Assembly (NCBI GenBank): GCA_001600695.1
Contig: BCKQ01000003.1
Coordinates: forward strand, 1,704,392 to 1,768,391
From: Ascoidea asiatica JCM 7603
Taxonomy: Eukaryota; Fungi; Ascomycota
DNA: 64,000 nucleotides
Direction: 5' to 3'
Both the position numbers and the translations under genes were made by a program. Under the pieces are notes generated by a model that did not search any database, was not told the DNA's origin, and was given only the letters and a program-made list of their open reading frames with translations. Position 1 is the stretch's first letter, and each line of letters starts with the position of its first letter. Below, in pieces: positions 1 through 10,474 of the stretch.

Positions 1-1727
1 TAGTAATCATCAAAAGAATCGTAGGTTTCTTGGGTGTAGGAAAATCTAATATTCTCCAACTCATCGTATTTTGCAGATGCTTTGGCTTGCTGTTCTTCCA
101 ATTCCTTTAGCTTTTCCTCATGTTCTTTATTTTTTGAGATTTGAGTCTCTTCGAACTCTTTCGCTAGAGCATTCAACTTCTCTGCGGTTTCTATTCTTCT
201 ATTTTGCAACTCTTCCTCCAACTTATCATCAAAAGCTTCCACCTTTCGAGTAAATTCCTGCTTACATGCATCATAACTGTTTTCGTAAGCTATATCACCA
301 AATGAAGAGTACTTGTCTGCCTGAGCTTCAAGCTCTATTTCATGCTCTGTTAGCAAATCAGCAAATTCCATTTCCAATTCTCTTATTTTCTCTTCCAAAA
401 CCGATCGTTCCTCCAACATTTCTAACTTTCTCATATCATTTTCATTGATGGATAACTCGAGATTAATTAAACTTGATTTTTTATCTTCGATTTCTTTCAA
501 TATCATCTCATTTTTTTTCATTTGGGCTGAAAGCTCTACATTTCTGCTTAAACATTGTTTTAAAGCTGTATTTAAGAAAATATTTTCTGGATCTGAGACT
601 TGACTCATGAAAGCATTATAAAGAAAATATGAGAACTTGATCAAGCTATTTTGAATGCTGGTTAAATCAAATACTTTCTCTTTTTCCGACTTCAATTCAA
701 TCAGGATTTCGTCAAAGGAATAATTTTTCTTATTTTTGAAAAAGCTAAATTTGAATTCATTCTTGTAACCCTGATCAGAATTAGTTTTATCTTGAAGATT
801 TAAACAACCAAATTTATCCATGACAAACCCTAATAGTATGTCTCTTGATTCAAAGTTTATTATATCTGAATTATATAATAAATTTAAATAGGACAATTCC
901 ACTAAATATTGCCTGAGTTCGTTCTGTATAGAGGAACTTGGATTGCCAAACATAAATAAACTTTCTGTCTGGGTGGTGAGTAAAATTATCATATCCGAGA
1001 ATAGAATCAAGCTTTCTGAACTTACTGGAAATCGTGCAAATAGCATAAGAGTCGTTAAGTTTATGTATATTCTTTTTAGATCTAAGGAAAGCATGTAACC
1101 GGTTTTGGTTCCATCATATGATAAATAAATAAGATGACTGGTTTTCTTAGACAAAGGAAGTGAAAGAAGCTCATTTTGATAAAGGAAACAGGAACTTGGC
1201 CTGATTGAAAGATAATGTTTTATAAACTGCATCACCCCATTGGTGAACCGAAAGGAATCACTGGAAGATAAGTACTGTAAAGCATTCAAATTGAACAATT
1301 TATCTAAAAATGAGCTCGGATATTCATTAGATGTAAACGGCGTTTTATCTTCTTCTTGTTCCTTTAGATTTTCCTTAGATGATATTTCTTCTTCTTCTTC
1401 AATTGAGGAACTGCTACTCTCCAACGCATCGTAGTCAGTTAATTCATCATCAGCTTTATCCTGATCTTTCTCGAGGCTCTTATATATCGGATACTCTTTG
1501 ATCTCCTCCTTTGAATAAATCTTAAACTCATCTAGTGTAAATAAAAAGCCACTCAAATTCACTGAAGACTCATAAAAACTGTCGATATTCTCAATTAGAA
1601 TTTTCTCATTGTCTTCTTGCTCCAGACAATTTTCTTGTTCTTCTATTATCTCTGATTTTACATCCTGCCAACTAAAACGACTATCCTTGAGATATATGCC
1701 TGCTAAAAACTGTGATAAACACTCCAT
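1..1727 (-). CDS. Hypothetical protein, >575 aa, running off the left edge; acidic N-terminus, possible degenerate Rab-GAP TBC-like middle, C-terminal coiled coil
   Basis: Manual translation: ATG at 1727 (MECLSQFLAGIYLKDSRF...) stays open to position 1 (...KLEMLEERSVLEEKIRELEMEFADLLTEHEIELE...KLNALAKEFEE...). Probably missing from the ORF track because its stop lies outside the window. Confidence 0.8.
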   Translation of the reverse strand, partial: MECLSQFLAGIYLKDSRFSWQDVKSEIIEEQENCLEQEDNEKILIENIDSFYESSVNLSGFLFTLDEFKIYSKEEIKEYPIYKSLEKDQDKADDELTDYDALESSSSSIEEEEEISSKENLKEQEEDKTPFTSNEYPSSFLDKLFNLNALQYLSSSDSFRFTNGVMQFIKHYLSIRPSSCFLYQNELLSLPLSKKTSHLIYLSYDGTKTGYMLSLDLKRIYINLTTLMLFARFPVSSESLILFSDMIILLTTQTESLFMFGNPSSSIQNELRQYLVELSYLNLLYNSDIINFESRDILLGFVMDKFGCLNLQDKTNSDQGYKNEFKFSFFKNKKNYSFDEILIELKSEKEKVFDLTSIQNSLIKFSYFLYNAFMSQVSDPENIFLNTALKQCLSRNVELSAQMKKNEMILKEIEDKKSSLINLELSINENDMRKLEMLEERSVLEEKIRELEMEFADLLTEHEIELEAQADKYSSFGDIAYENSYDACKQEFTRKVEAFDDKLEEELQNRRIETAEKLNALAKEFEETQISKNKEHEEKLKELEEQQAKASAKYDELENIRFSYTQETYDSFDDY

Positions 1728-2084
1728 AATGTTTGAATCAATTGATTTTTCGATCGTTTCAGTTCTTGCTATTAGTTTATTACTCTAATTATGTTCTTTC
1801 AGTAAATCTTGGTTTTGATGATAGTCCAAGATTCAAATAAGTTCTTAGTGTGTCACAGGGCACTTTTGACGCCAGATACACGGAATAAACCGTTTTGTTG
1901 ATTGATCAAAGATTTTCAATGGGTTGCTTACCAAGGCTGAAAATCAAAACTTAATTGTTTTCAAATTAGGTTAATTTACATGAAGGTCCGAGGTCTTATG
2001 AGCTAAAGAAAAATAAATTTTTTATTTATTAGTTTCTATAAAGGATATAGCACTCAAAATTTATGAACAAAAAAAAAAATTATT

Positions 2085-5000
2085 TTAGATGAAACCACCT
2101 TGTTTGCATAACGAATAAAATATGGTACTGCTATCCTTCATTAAATTTTCAGGTGAATCAAATTCTTTCACCACACCTTTATCGAGAGAAATTATTCTGT
2201 CACTATCCATAATTGTATTCAATCTATGGGCAATGGTAAGGATTGTTCGGTCAGCAAATTGAGTTCTAATAGTTTCTTGAAGAACATGATCTGTTTCAAC
2301 ATCAACTGAGGCTGTTGCTTCATCCAAGACTAATATTTTTGAGGGATTCAATAAGGCACGAGCCAAACACAATAATTGCTTTTGACCAACCGATAAATTA
2401 CTTCCATTTTCTGTCACTTGAGCCATCAAACCAGTTCCATATTTCACTTCAAAGTTGTTGTCTGATTTTAAAACACGATTTTCAAGGATTTCTTCTTCGC
2501 TCTCTTTAGTTCCCATCTTTTCAACATGTTTTTTCAAATGAGCTAAATCTAATACTGTCCATAGCTGATCATCTTCATATTTATTTAAGGGATCTAAATT
2601 TTCTCTTACGGTACCTTCGAATGCTTGACTGTCCTGTGGAATAATACTTAATCTGCTTCTTAAATCATATAATCCAATAGAGCTAATATCAATTCCATCT
2701 ATCATAATTTTTCCACTTGCAGCTTCAAGGATTCTGAATAAAGCAAGCGATAATGATGATTTTCCAGCTCCGGTTCTTCCAACAATCCCAATTTTTTCTC
2801 CTGGTTTAATATCAAGATTGATATTTTTTAATACTAAGTCAAGATCTGGTCTATAGCGAGTTGAAAATTGAGAAAATTGAACACCTCCTTTATTTGGCCA
2901 ACTGGGTTCTGGTCTTTTATGAGAAATAATAGTTGGAGCTTCGCTTGGTAATTCTGCATATTCCTTAACTCTCTCAACAGAAACTATATTTGTCTCAATA
3001 TCAACAGACATTCTTACTATCCAATTTAATGCTCCTGTAATTTGAAGAGCATATGTGACAGATATACCTACTAAACCAGGTGTAATATGACCAGTTTTAA
3101 GAGCAAAAATACAAAGAGAAGATGAAGAAAGAATAATCATTGAACCTAGGAATTCTAATCTAACAGCAAGCCATCTGTTACAATTGTACATTGGAAAATA
3201 TGCCTCGAGATTTGTGTTAACCTTATTTTGATTTAAAGAGAAAAATCTTGCAACTTGATCATATGCTCTAATTGTTGTTACGCCTCCAAGAGTTTCTTCA
3301 AAATGACTGAATATTGGAGATTTTGATATTGATTCCATTCTTTTTAATTCTCTTGAAGTGTTCATATAGTATTGTTGATAATAATAATATAAAAACATTA
3401 AAGGAATAATAACGAAAACAAATTGCCATGTAGTAAAACAAATAACACCCAATGTAAATATAATTTTTACTAAATTTTGTAAAAAAGATTGAAAAGTTCT
3501 TCCTAAAACTAAATCAATTTTATCAATATCACTTGAGAACCTATTCAAAATTCTTCCAACTGGAGTTCCTTCAAAAAATGACATAGGGGCTTTAAAAACA
3601 GACCTAACCATATTATCATGGAAAGTCTTAGCAGAAGTAATAACACAATAACATAAACACCATGCTTGAATAAAAGTGAATGCTGCTGAAAGTATATTTA
3701 AAGTCATATATATGGACAAATATTTAACTGGACTTGGATTATATCCATATTTTGTATTTTTTTCTGACCAATATTTAAGCCAATAATTACTTGCAACACT
3801 AAATGCCATTGAAAGAATTATTGAAACAACAAAACATAATAAACTTGATAGCCTTAATGTATTCTTCAAAAAATAAAATCTACAAGCTTTAGCATATTCT
3901 TTATATATTTCCCATTTAACTTTACCAGTTTCACGTTTTTCCTTAGAAATGTGCTGTGGTTTTAAAGGGTCTTCATCTGAATTACTACTCAAAGATTCAG
4001 AGGCTTGTTTATCACGAGTTGAAACTTCTGAACTAGACAGTTTAATTTTCTTAATTTCTTCTAAATCTAATAATTCTTCAATTTCTTTATCTTCAGTTTT
4101 CATTTGATTAACAGATTCTTTTTTACTTTTACCAAAATCTTTAATTAATTTATAAAGAGAAGAATCAGGTTTTTCCATAACTTCAGTATAAGAACCTTCT
4201 TCAACAATTGTACCATTTTGTAGCATTGTTATTTTATGTGCAACACTTAAAACAGTTATAGAATTAGTAGCTAAAATAATAGTTTTACCTTTTAATAAAC
4301 CACATAAGACATTATCAATTATATTTCTTCCAACATGTTCATCAACAGCAGATAAAGGATCATCTAACAAATATACATCAGCTTGTGCATAAACAGCTCT
4401 AGCTAAAGATAATCTTGCTTTTTGACCACCAGATAAAGAAATACCTTTTTCACCAACTTGAGTTTGATCACCGTGAGAAAGAATTAATAAATCAGTTGTT
4501 AAACAACAAGCATCTAAAACTTTATTATAAAATTTTGCATCGAAAGCTTTACCAAAAAGAATATTTTCTCTTATTGAACCATTCATAATCCAAGCAACTT
4601 GTGGTACATAAGCAATTCTACCGTTAACTTCAATATAACCATTGAGTTTATAAATATCACCTAAAATGGCTTGTAAAAAAGTTGATTTTCCAGAACCAAC
4701 TTTACCAACAATACAAGCAAGTTCATTTTTTGCATAATAATTAATATTTTTCAAAGCAATTTTTTCTTCTGGATTTTTTTGAAATAAAAATGTTGAATTA
4801 TCTTTGATTATAACAGAAGAAACTTTTGAATTTTTATTTTTAACAACAATATCATGTTGTAATTCTTCAGAACTTAAAAAAGAAGTTAATCTATCAACAG
4901 AAACAGAAGCTTCAATAAAAGAATTTATAACCATTGGAATTACACTTAATGGAAAAGATAAAAGATTAAATAAAGATAAAGCAGGAAATACAATATCAGT

Positions 5001-6884
5001 TGTTAAAGGTTTTGAATCAAAATATAAAAAACATGCAAAAGTTGAACATGAAACTAAACTTGGAGCACAATTCCACATAAATAAATTTAAAGCTTTAACA
5101 ATATTAATTTTTTTTAAATTTGCTAATTCATTATCATTTCTAATAATTGATAATTTTTTTTGATAAGGAATTTCCCAACCATAAAATTTAATTGATTTAA
5201 TATTATTTAAAATTTGATTAATTAATCTAACTCTTTTATCTTTTGTTTTCATTTGAGTAATTTGTAAAGTTTTTAAAATTCTAACAATAAATGAATTAAA
5301 TGGTATTAATAATAACATTACAATTACACCAATCCACATTGAATTACCAATTAAATTATATAAAGAAAATAAACATAAAAATAATTGATAAGGACCAGAC
5401 CAAATTAATTGACCATATTCATTAATATCTTGTAATCTTTGAGTATCAACAGACATTAAATTTACAATATCACCAGAATTTCTTAAACTTCTTGATTCAT
5501 TTGATAAAATTAAAGATTTTTCATAAATTGAAGAAATTAAAGCAGATTTAAATCTTGTACCAACATTATAACAAATAAAAAAATATTGATGTAAAGAAAT
5601 TGTTTGAATTATTGAAACTAAAAACATTGAAATTGAGATCATGAAACCTTTTGAAATTGAAACATTATTATTATTTGAAGAATAATCATTAATAAATTTA
5701 ATTAAATATTTTAATAATAAAGGTTGTAAGAAAGCAAGATTATCTTGAATGAATTTAAAAAAAGCAGATAATAATAATGGTTTACCAAAAGATTTGAATA
5801 AAGCTTTAATTAAAGAAGGTTTTTTATTTGAATTTTTAGTTGATTTAAATTTTGAATTTAAAATTTCAATATCCCAATTTTTTTTAAAAGATTTAAAAGT
5901 ATTAATTGAATTTAAATTAGTTGGTAAATTTGATAAATCATTTGGATTTAAATATTGATAATAACCTTTTTTCATTAAATTTGACATCCAAGAAAAAGTA
6001 ATAATACTAAATAAATCAGCATTTTCAAGTGGACTTTGATTTTTAAAATCTTCATTATCATTTTCTTGATCTTGTTCTTCTTCAATATTTGAATAAGTTA
6101 TATATGTGAAAAAAATTAAAAAACTTGAAATTGATAAGAATAATATTAAGAAAATAACTAAATTATTATTATTATTGGTAGAATTATCATTAAATCTAAA
6201 TAAATAATTTAAAAATTTTAAAAAATTTAAAAAAAAACTTAAAAACCAGTAAATTAATAATATTGAAGAATTTTTTTTTGAAAAATTTAAATCTAAATAA
6301 GTTAAATAAGGTATAATTAATAAAAATATGAAAATTTGAAAAAAATTTGAAAAGTTTAAAATATCAAATTTTTTAAAATTAAAATTAATTAAATTTAAAT
6401 TTAAATAAGTTAATGAGATATAAGAAATTAAGAATAATAAAATTAAAATTTTTCTTAAATTTATTGTAAATTTATAATTCAATGAATCTGAAATTGATAA
6501 TTTTTTTATATTTTTATGAAATTTATTATTATTTTTAATTGATAATAAGTTAAAGATTTGAATTGAACCAAATATTAATAAAGATAAATTTAAAATATTA
6601 AATAAAATACCATTTAAGAAACATGGAGTAAAATCGAAATAATTATAAGAGAATGGACCCCAAGATTCATTATTTGAACATTTGAAACAATTGAAAGAAG
6701 AAGTAGTTGAATTATTTGATAATGGATTTAATGAATTTAATGAATTTAATGAATTTGATTGATCTAAGGATTGAGTTATGGTTGTAGATGTAACTGAAGG
6801 ATTAGAATTCGAAAAAAGGAATAAATTTGAAAGTAGATCATTTGATTGAATAGATGGAAGATAAAAATGATTTTGAGTCGACAT
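2085..6884 (-). CDS. YCF1: ABCC/MRP-family vacuolar glutathione-S-conjugate transporter (Ycf1-like)
   Basis: 1599 aa with TMD0 (DFTPCF), Walker A GKVGSGKS and GRTGAGKS, signatures LSGGQ and LSVGQ, Walker B YLLDD and LVLDE, and NRWLAVRLE. Confidence 0.88.
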   Translation of the reverse strand: MSTQNHFYLPSIQSNDLLSNLFLFSNSNPSVTSTTITQSLDQSNSLNSLNSLNPLSNNSTTSSFNCFKCSNNESWGPFSYNYFDFTPCFLNGILFNILNLSLLIFGSIQIFNLLSIKNNNKFHKNIKKLSISDSLNYKFTINLRKILILLFLISYISLTYLNLNLINFNFKKFDILNFSNFFQIFIFLLIIPYLTYLDLNFSKKNSSILLIYWFLSFFLNFLKFLNYLFRFNDNSTNNNNNLVIFLILFLSISSFLIFFTYITYSNIEEEQDQENDNEDFKNQSPLENADLFSIITFSWMSNLMKKGYYQYLNPNDLSNLPTNLNSINTFKSFKKNWDIEILNSKFKSTKNSNKKPSLIKALFKSFGKPLLLSAFFKFIQDNLAFLQPLLLKYLIKFINDYSSNNNNVSISKGFMISISMFLVSIIQTISLHQYFFICYNVGTRFKSALISSIYEKSLILSNESRSLRNSGDIVNLMSVDTQRLQDINEYGQLIWSGPYQLFLCLFSLYNLIGNSMWIGVIVMLLLIPFNSFIVRILKTLQITQMKTKDKRVRLINQILNNIKSIKFYGWEIPYQKKLSIIRNDNELANLKKINIVKALNLFMWNCAPSLVSCSTFACFLYFDSKPLTTDIVFPALSLFNLLSFPLSVIPMVINSFIEASVSVDRLTSFLSSEELQHDIVVKNKNSKVSSVIIKDNSTFLFQKNPEEKIALKNINYYAKNELACIVGKVGSGKSTFLQAILGDIYKLNGYIEVNGRIAYVPQVAWIMNGSIRENILFGKAFDAKFYNKVLDACCLTTDLLILSHGDQTQVGEKGISLSGGQKARLSLARAVYAQADVYLLDDPLSAVDEHVGRNIIDNVLCGLLKGKTIILATNSITVLSVAHKITMLQNGTIVEEGSYTEVMEKPDSSLYKLIKDFGKSKKESVNQMKTEDKEIEELLDLEEIKKIKLSSSEVSTRDKQASESLSSNSDEDPLKPQHISKEKRETGKVKWEIYKEYAKACRFYFLKNTLRLSSLLCFVVSIILSMAFSVASNYWLKYWSEKNTKYGYNPSPVKYLSIYMTLNILSAAFTFIQAWCLCYCVITSAKTFHDNMVRSVFKAPMSFFEGTPVGRILNRFSSDIDKIDLVLGRTFQSFLQNLVKIIFTLGVICFTTWQFVFVIIPLMFLYYYYQQYYMNTSRELKRMESISKSPIFSHFEETLGGVTTIRAYDQVARFFSLNQNKVNTNLEAYFPMYNCNRWLAVRLEFLGSMIILSSSSLCIFALKTGHITPGLVGISVTYALQITGALNWIVRMSVDIETNIVSVERVKEYAELPSEAPTIISHKRPEPSWPNKGGVQFSQFSTRYRPDLDLVLKNINLDIKPGEKIGIVGRTGAGKSSLSLALFRILEAASGKIMIDGIDISSIGLYDLRSRLSIIPQDSQAFEGTVRENLDPLNKYEDDQLWTVLDLAHLKKHVEKMGTKESEEEILENRVLKSDNNFEVKYGTGLMAQVTENGSNLSVGQKQLLCLARALLNPSKILVLDEATASVDVETDHVLQETIRTQFADRTILTIAHRLNTIMDSDRIISLDKGVVKEFDSPENLMKDSSTIFYSLCKQGGFI

Positions 6885-7398
6885 TTTTTAAAAAATTGAT
6901 TATTTCAATTGATTAATTATATGAACTAATTGATTGATTGATTAATCAAATAATATTTTTCTTTTGTCTTGATTTAAAAATAATAAATTTAATTATTGAA
7001 ATACACTAAAAATTTATATATGATCTGAAAGAAATCTTTGTTTGAATTATGAGAAGGATTAAATCAAAATATAAAGTTAAAATTAACCAATATATTAAAT
7101 AACTGTACTAATTTGAATAGATTGAGTAACTTCAAAATTAGTTTAATGAAAAAATAGAAGAAAAAAGTAAAAAAAAACAAACTTCTTTAAAAATTGTTCA
7201 ATTTTTATTTAGGAGAGAAAATACATTAGAATTATAAATGCAGTTTTTATATATTTCGGGCATAAAGAAGATAAAAAAGGTTTAATCTACAGTACTCGAG
7301 AAAATTGATACCGTAAAAGTAAATAATGGAAAATATTGGTCAAGAAATAGGTGAATAAACGGTAGACAACAGAAAAGAAAGTTAAGCTGCTTGGGAGA

Positions 7399-7453
7399 TT
7401 AGTAATTAGTGAACTTGTTCGGTGTGTTAACTGTTGCAAAGAGAGATTACTAA
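7399..7453. promoter_or_regulatory. Pair of Yap1 response elements upstream of YCF1
   Basis: TTAGTAA at 7399-7405 and TTACTAA at 7447-7453, about 0.5 kb upstream of the YCF1 ATG. YCF1 is a known Yap1 target in S. cerevisiae. The motif is AT-rich, so chance occurrence is possible. Confidence 0.45.
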
Positions 7454-8493
7454 TGCAGAAAGGGGCCGGGTAAGAGGTCGTGGCACTGAGACAGGGAAAC
7501 AAGCAGCAGCGGCCGGATTAGGAATAGACAAACACAATGTGGCGGTGCAGACGGCAGTAACGGGCCGAGTACAAAACAGCAAAGACGGGGTAACACCAAT
7601 ACAACGGAAATTTAAATGGAAATTAAGTTCGGAAAATAAAACAACGGAATTTATATAAGTCACATGCAGTTATGTAAGCATTTTCAGATGAGCTTCCTCA
7701 GTGTGGAGATCGGGTGAATGAAGCAAGGTTTGAGTGGTGTGTGGAGCTGCACTGCGCTGCTGAAGATAATCCGGAGAGCGAGCATTTTGGTGGCAGTCTG
7801 GGGTGCGTGGAACTGCGGACGAACATAAAAAAATAAAATAGAATAGCATAGTTAAATACAACAACATATTAGTGTGATAATAATAGTAATGGTAATAGCA
7901 ATGGTAACAGTAATAATAATGGTATTGATAATGGTAAACCTGGTAGTAGAATGGTAGCAGTTCGTGAGGAGAGCAACAACAGAACACAAACAAGGTCAAA
8001 GTTGCCATACTTTTATATAATTTCCATACTTCTCATAATAATATCACCTTTCCAATAAGCGCAATAATATCATATCAGACGAAACTCATATAAACCACAT
8101 ACATAAATCGGTCTTTTTTGCTTTCACAGCCAATGAAATACAAGAAAATTAGAAATCTGAGTTATAATTGAGTTAAAATTCAATTAGAAATGATGTTGAA
8201 AGGATCTTGAAATGATCTCGAGATAATTTAAAGTCTGTAAAAGGTGTATGAATTCCATTATCATTGCTTTTTATATTCATCTTTCTACTCTTTAAATCCT
8301 TTAAATCCTTTATATTATTTGTTGTAACTTATCTTTTTAATATTTAAATTCATAATTATCTTCAGATTTAATTACTTATTATTTTCTTTTTCTTTTTATT
8401 ATATCTAAACATCGTTCAAACTATCTCAATTAACTCCAATTATCTCATTCATATAAATTAAATCAATTAAATCATCAGTTAATCAATAATAAA

Positions 8494-9576
8494 ATGAAAG
8501 TACTTGCAGTTTTATATAAAGCTGGTCAACATGCAAAAGTTCCTGGACTTTTAGGTTGTATTGAAAATGAATTAGGATTACGTAAATGGTTAGAATCTCA
8601 AGGTCATACATTAATTACAACTTCTGATAAAGAAGGTCCAAATTCAATTTTTCAAAAAGAAATTGTAGATACTGATGTTTTAATTACAACTCCATTTCAT
8701 CCTGCTTATTTAACAAAAGAAATTTTTGATAAAGCAAAGAATTTAAAATTATGTGCAACTGCAGGTATTGGTTCTGATCATATTGATTTAAATGAAGCAA
8801 ATAAAAAAAAAATTGATGTCTTAGAAGTTACAGGTTCAAATACTACAAGTGTTTCGGAACATGTTATTATGACAATTTTAAATCTTGTTAGAAATTTTGT
8901 ACCTGCAAATCAACAAGTTATTTTAAATAATGATTGGAATGTTGCTGAAATTGCAAAAGCTTCTTATGATTTAGAAGGTAAAGTTATTTCAACTGTTGGT
9001 GCTGGTAGAATTGGTTATAAAGTTTTAGAAAGATTAGTACCTTTTAATCCAAAAGCTTTATATTATTATGATTATCAATCTTTACCAAAAGATTTAGAAA
9101 AAAAAGTAAATTGTAAAAGAATTGAAGATTTGAAAGAAATGGTTAGTATGTCTGATGTTGTAACAATTAATTGTCCATTACATGAAGGTACTTTAGGACT
9201 TTTTAATAAAGATATTTTAAATTCAATGAAAAAAAATTCATGGTTAGTTAATACTGCAAGAGGTGCAATTTGTGTTGCTGATGATGTTGCAGATGCTTTA
9301 AAATCTGGTCATTTATTAGGTTATGGTGGTGATGTTTGGAATGTTCAACCTTCTCCAACTAATCATCCATGGAGATCAATGAGAAATATTTATGGTGGTG
9401 GTAATGCTATGACTCCTCATATTTCTGGTACTTCTCTTGATGCTCAACAAAGATATTCAATTGGTGTTAGAAATATTTTATCTAGTTTTTTCTCTGGTAA
9501 AAAAGATTATAGACCACAAGATATAATTGTTGCTAATGGTTCTTATGCAACTAAAGCTTATGGTCAAAGAAAATAA
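8494..9576 (+). CDS. FDH1: NAD-dependent formate dehydrogenase
   Basis: [18 protein letters not shown], Rossmann [24 protein letters not shown] and C-terminal [10 protein letters not shown]; strongly biased codon use. Confidence 0.97.
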   Translation: MKVLAVLYKAGQHAKVPGLLGCIENELGLRKWLESQGHTLITTSDKEGPNSIFQKEIVDTDVLITTPFHPAYLTKEIFDKAKNLKLCATAGIGSDHIDLNEANKKKIDVLEVTGSNTTSVSEHVIMTILNLVRNFVPANQQVILNNDWNVAEIAKASYDLEGKVISTVGAGRIGYKVLERLVPFNPKALYYYDYQSLPKDLEKKVNCKRIEDLKEMVSMSDVVTINCPLHEGTLGLFNKDILNSMKKNSWLVNTARGAICVADDVADALKSGHLLGYGGDVWNVQPSPTNHPWRSMRNIYGGGNAMTPHISGTSLDAQQRYSIGVRNILSSFFSGKKDYRPQDIIVANGSYATKAYGQRK

Positions 9577-9784
9577 CTAAATTCATAATATATTACTATT
9601 CTATATAAACTATACCATCTTTTAATGACAAATTATTAAATTAAAAATTATATTAATGAGCAAACGTAGAGTCGAACAGGAATTAAACAGCCATTTCCGA
9701 TCTTCCGACCATTCCGACAAACTGTTACTCGAATCAGGACTGCTCCCGACTATCTCCGTTTCCCCTTTCGCCAACGTCGCCATT

Positions 9785-9906
9785 GCCACCATTGCCACCA
9801 TTGCCACCATTGCCACCATTGCCACCATTGCCACCATTGCCACCATTGCCACCATCTTCTGGCGCTTTTTTGCTTCTTTTGCTTCTTGTGCTTCTTGTGC
9901 TTCTTG
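9785..9906. repeat. 9-bp minisatellite (GCCACCATT)x8 followed by an imperfect 9-bp TGCTTCTTK array
   Basis: Eight copies at 9785-9856 (last copy GCCACCATC); about four TGCTTCTT(T/G) units at ~9871-9906. Confidence 0.95.
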
Positions 9907-10078
9907 AGATCAAACTCCTTTTGCCAGTTTAACTGTTCATGGTTTAGTTTCAGTATGACTTCTTTTGGACAGAGCTTTGATTCTCCTAATTCAATTCTCT
10001 TAAAATATAACGAAACTCGTTTAAACTATCGATTTTAATATATTCAAGTGAATATAACTAGATATACAAGTGGATAAA

Positions 10079-10138
10079 TTCAATTATATTCAATTATATT
10101 CAATTATATTCAATTTTATTCATTTTTATTCAATTATA
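10079..10138. repeat. Imperfect 10-bp tandem repeat (TTCAATTATA)n
   Basis: About six copies read directly from the sequence. Confidence 0.85.
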
Positions 10139-10474
10139 ATCCTAATTTTGTCTTATAAATCACTTGAAATCAATAAAGTTATTTACCTCCTTGATATATT
10201 CTTGTTTATTATAGTCTTAAATTATCAAATTCGTAATCTTATTATTTTATTATATAATAAATCTAAAATAAATTTATTATTGCTAAGATCTAAGATTATT
10301 TCTCCTTTTTCTTTTTTGGGTTATTTTAATCCTTATCTATAATTTAATTTTACTAAAAAAATATATAAAATTATAATTCATATAAATACAACAATATTCT
10401 TAAGTTTTTTTTAAAAATATATTCATATTTGTTAATTGAAATGATTTGAATTTAATAAATTATTTATATTTACA

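Noticed and set aside
7287-8008. Short ORFs in the YCF1-FDH1 gap (and similar ones at 13186-13817, 17030-17479, 30952-31300 and 56667-57066)
   Set aside because: They arise from GC-rich or trinucleotide-repeat promoter DNA, overlap each other on both strands, and have no recognisable domains.
8494-9576. FDH1 as evidence of horizontal transfer or methylotrophy
   Set aside because: The C-terminus and [16 protein letters not shown] match ordinary yeast Fdh1, codon use is native, and no other methanol-pathway gene is in the window.
9785-9856. Tandem array as a CRISPR or telomeric repeat
   Set aside because: No spacers, eukaryotic context, internal position and only eight units.
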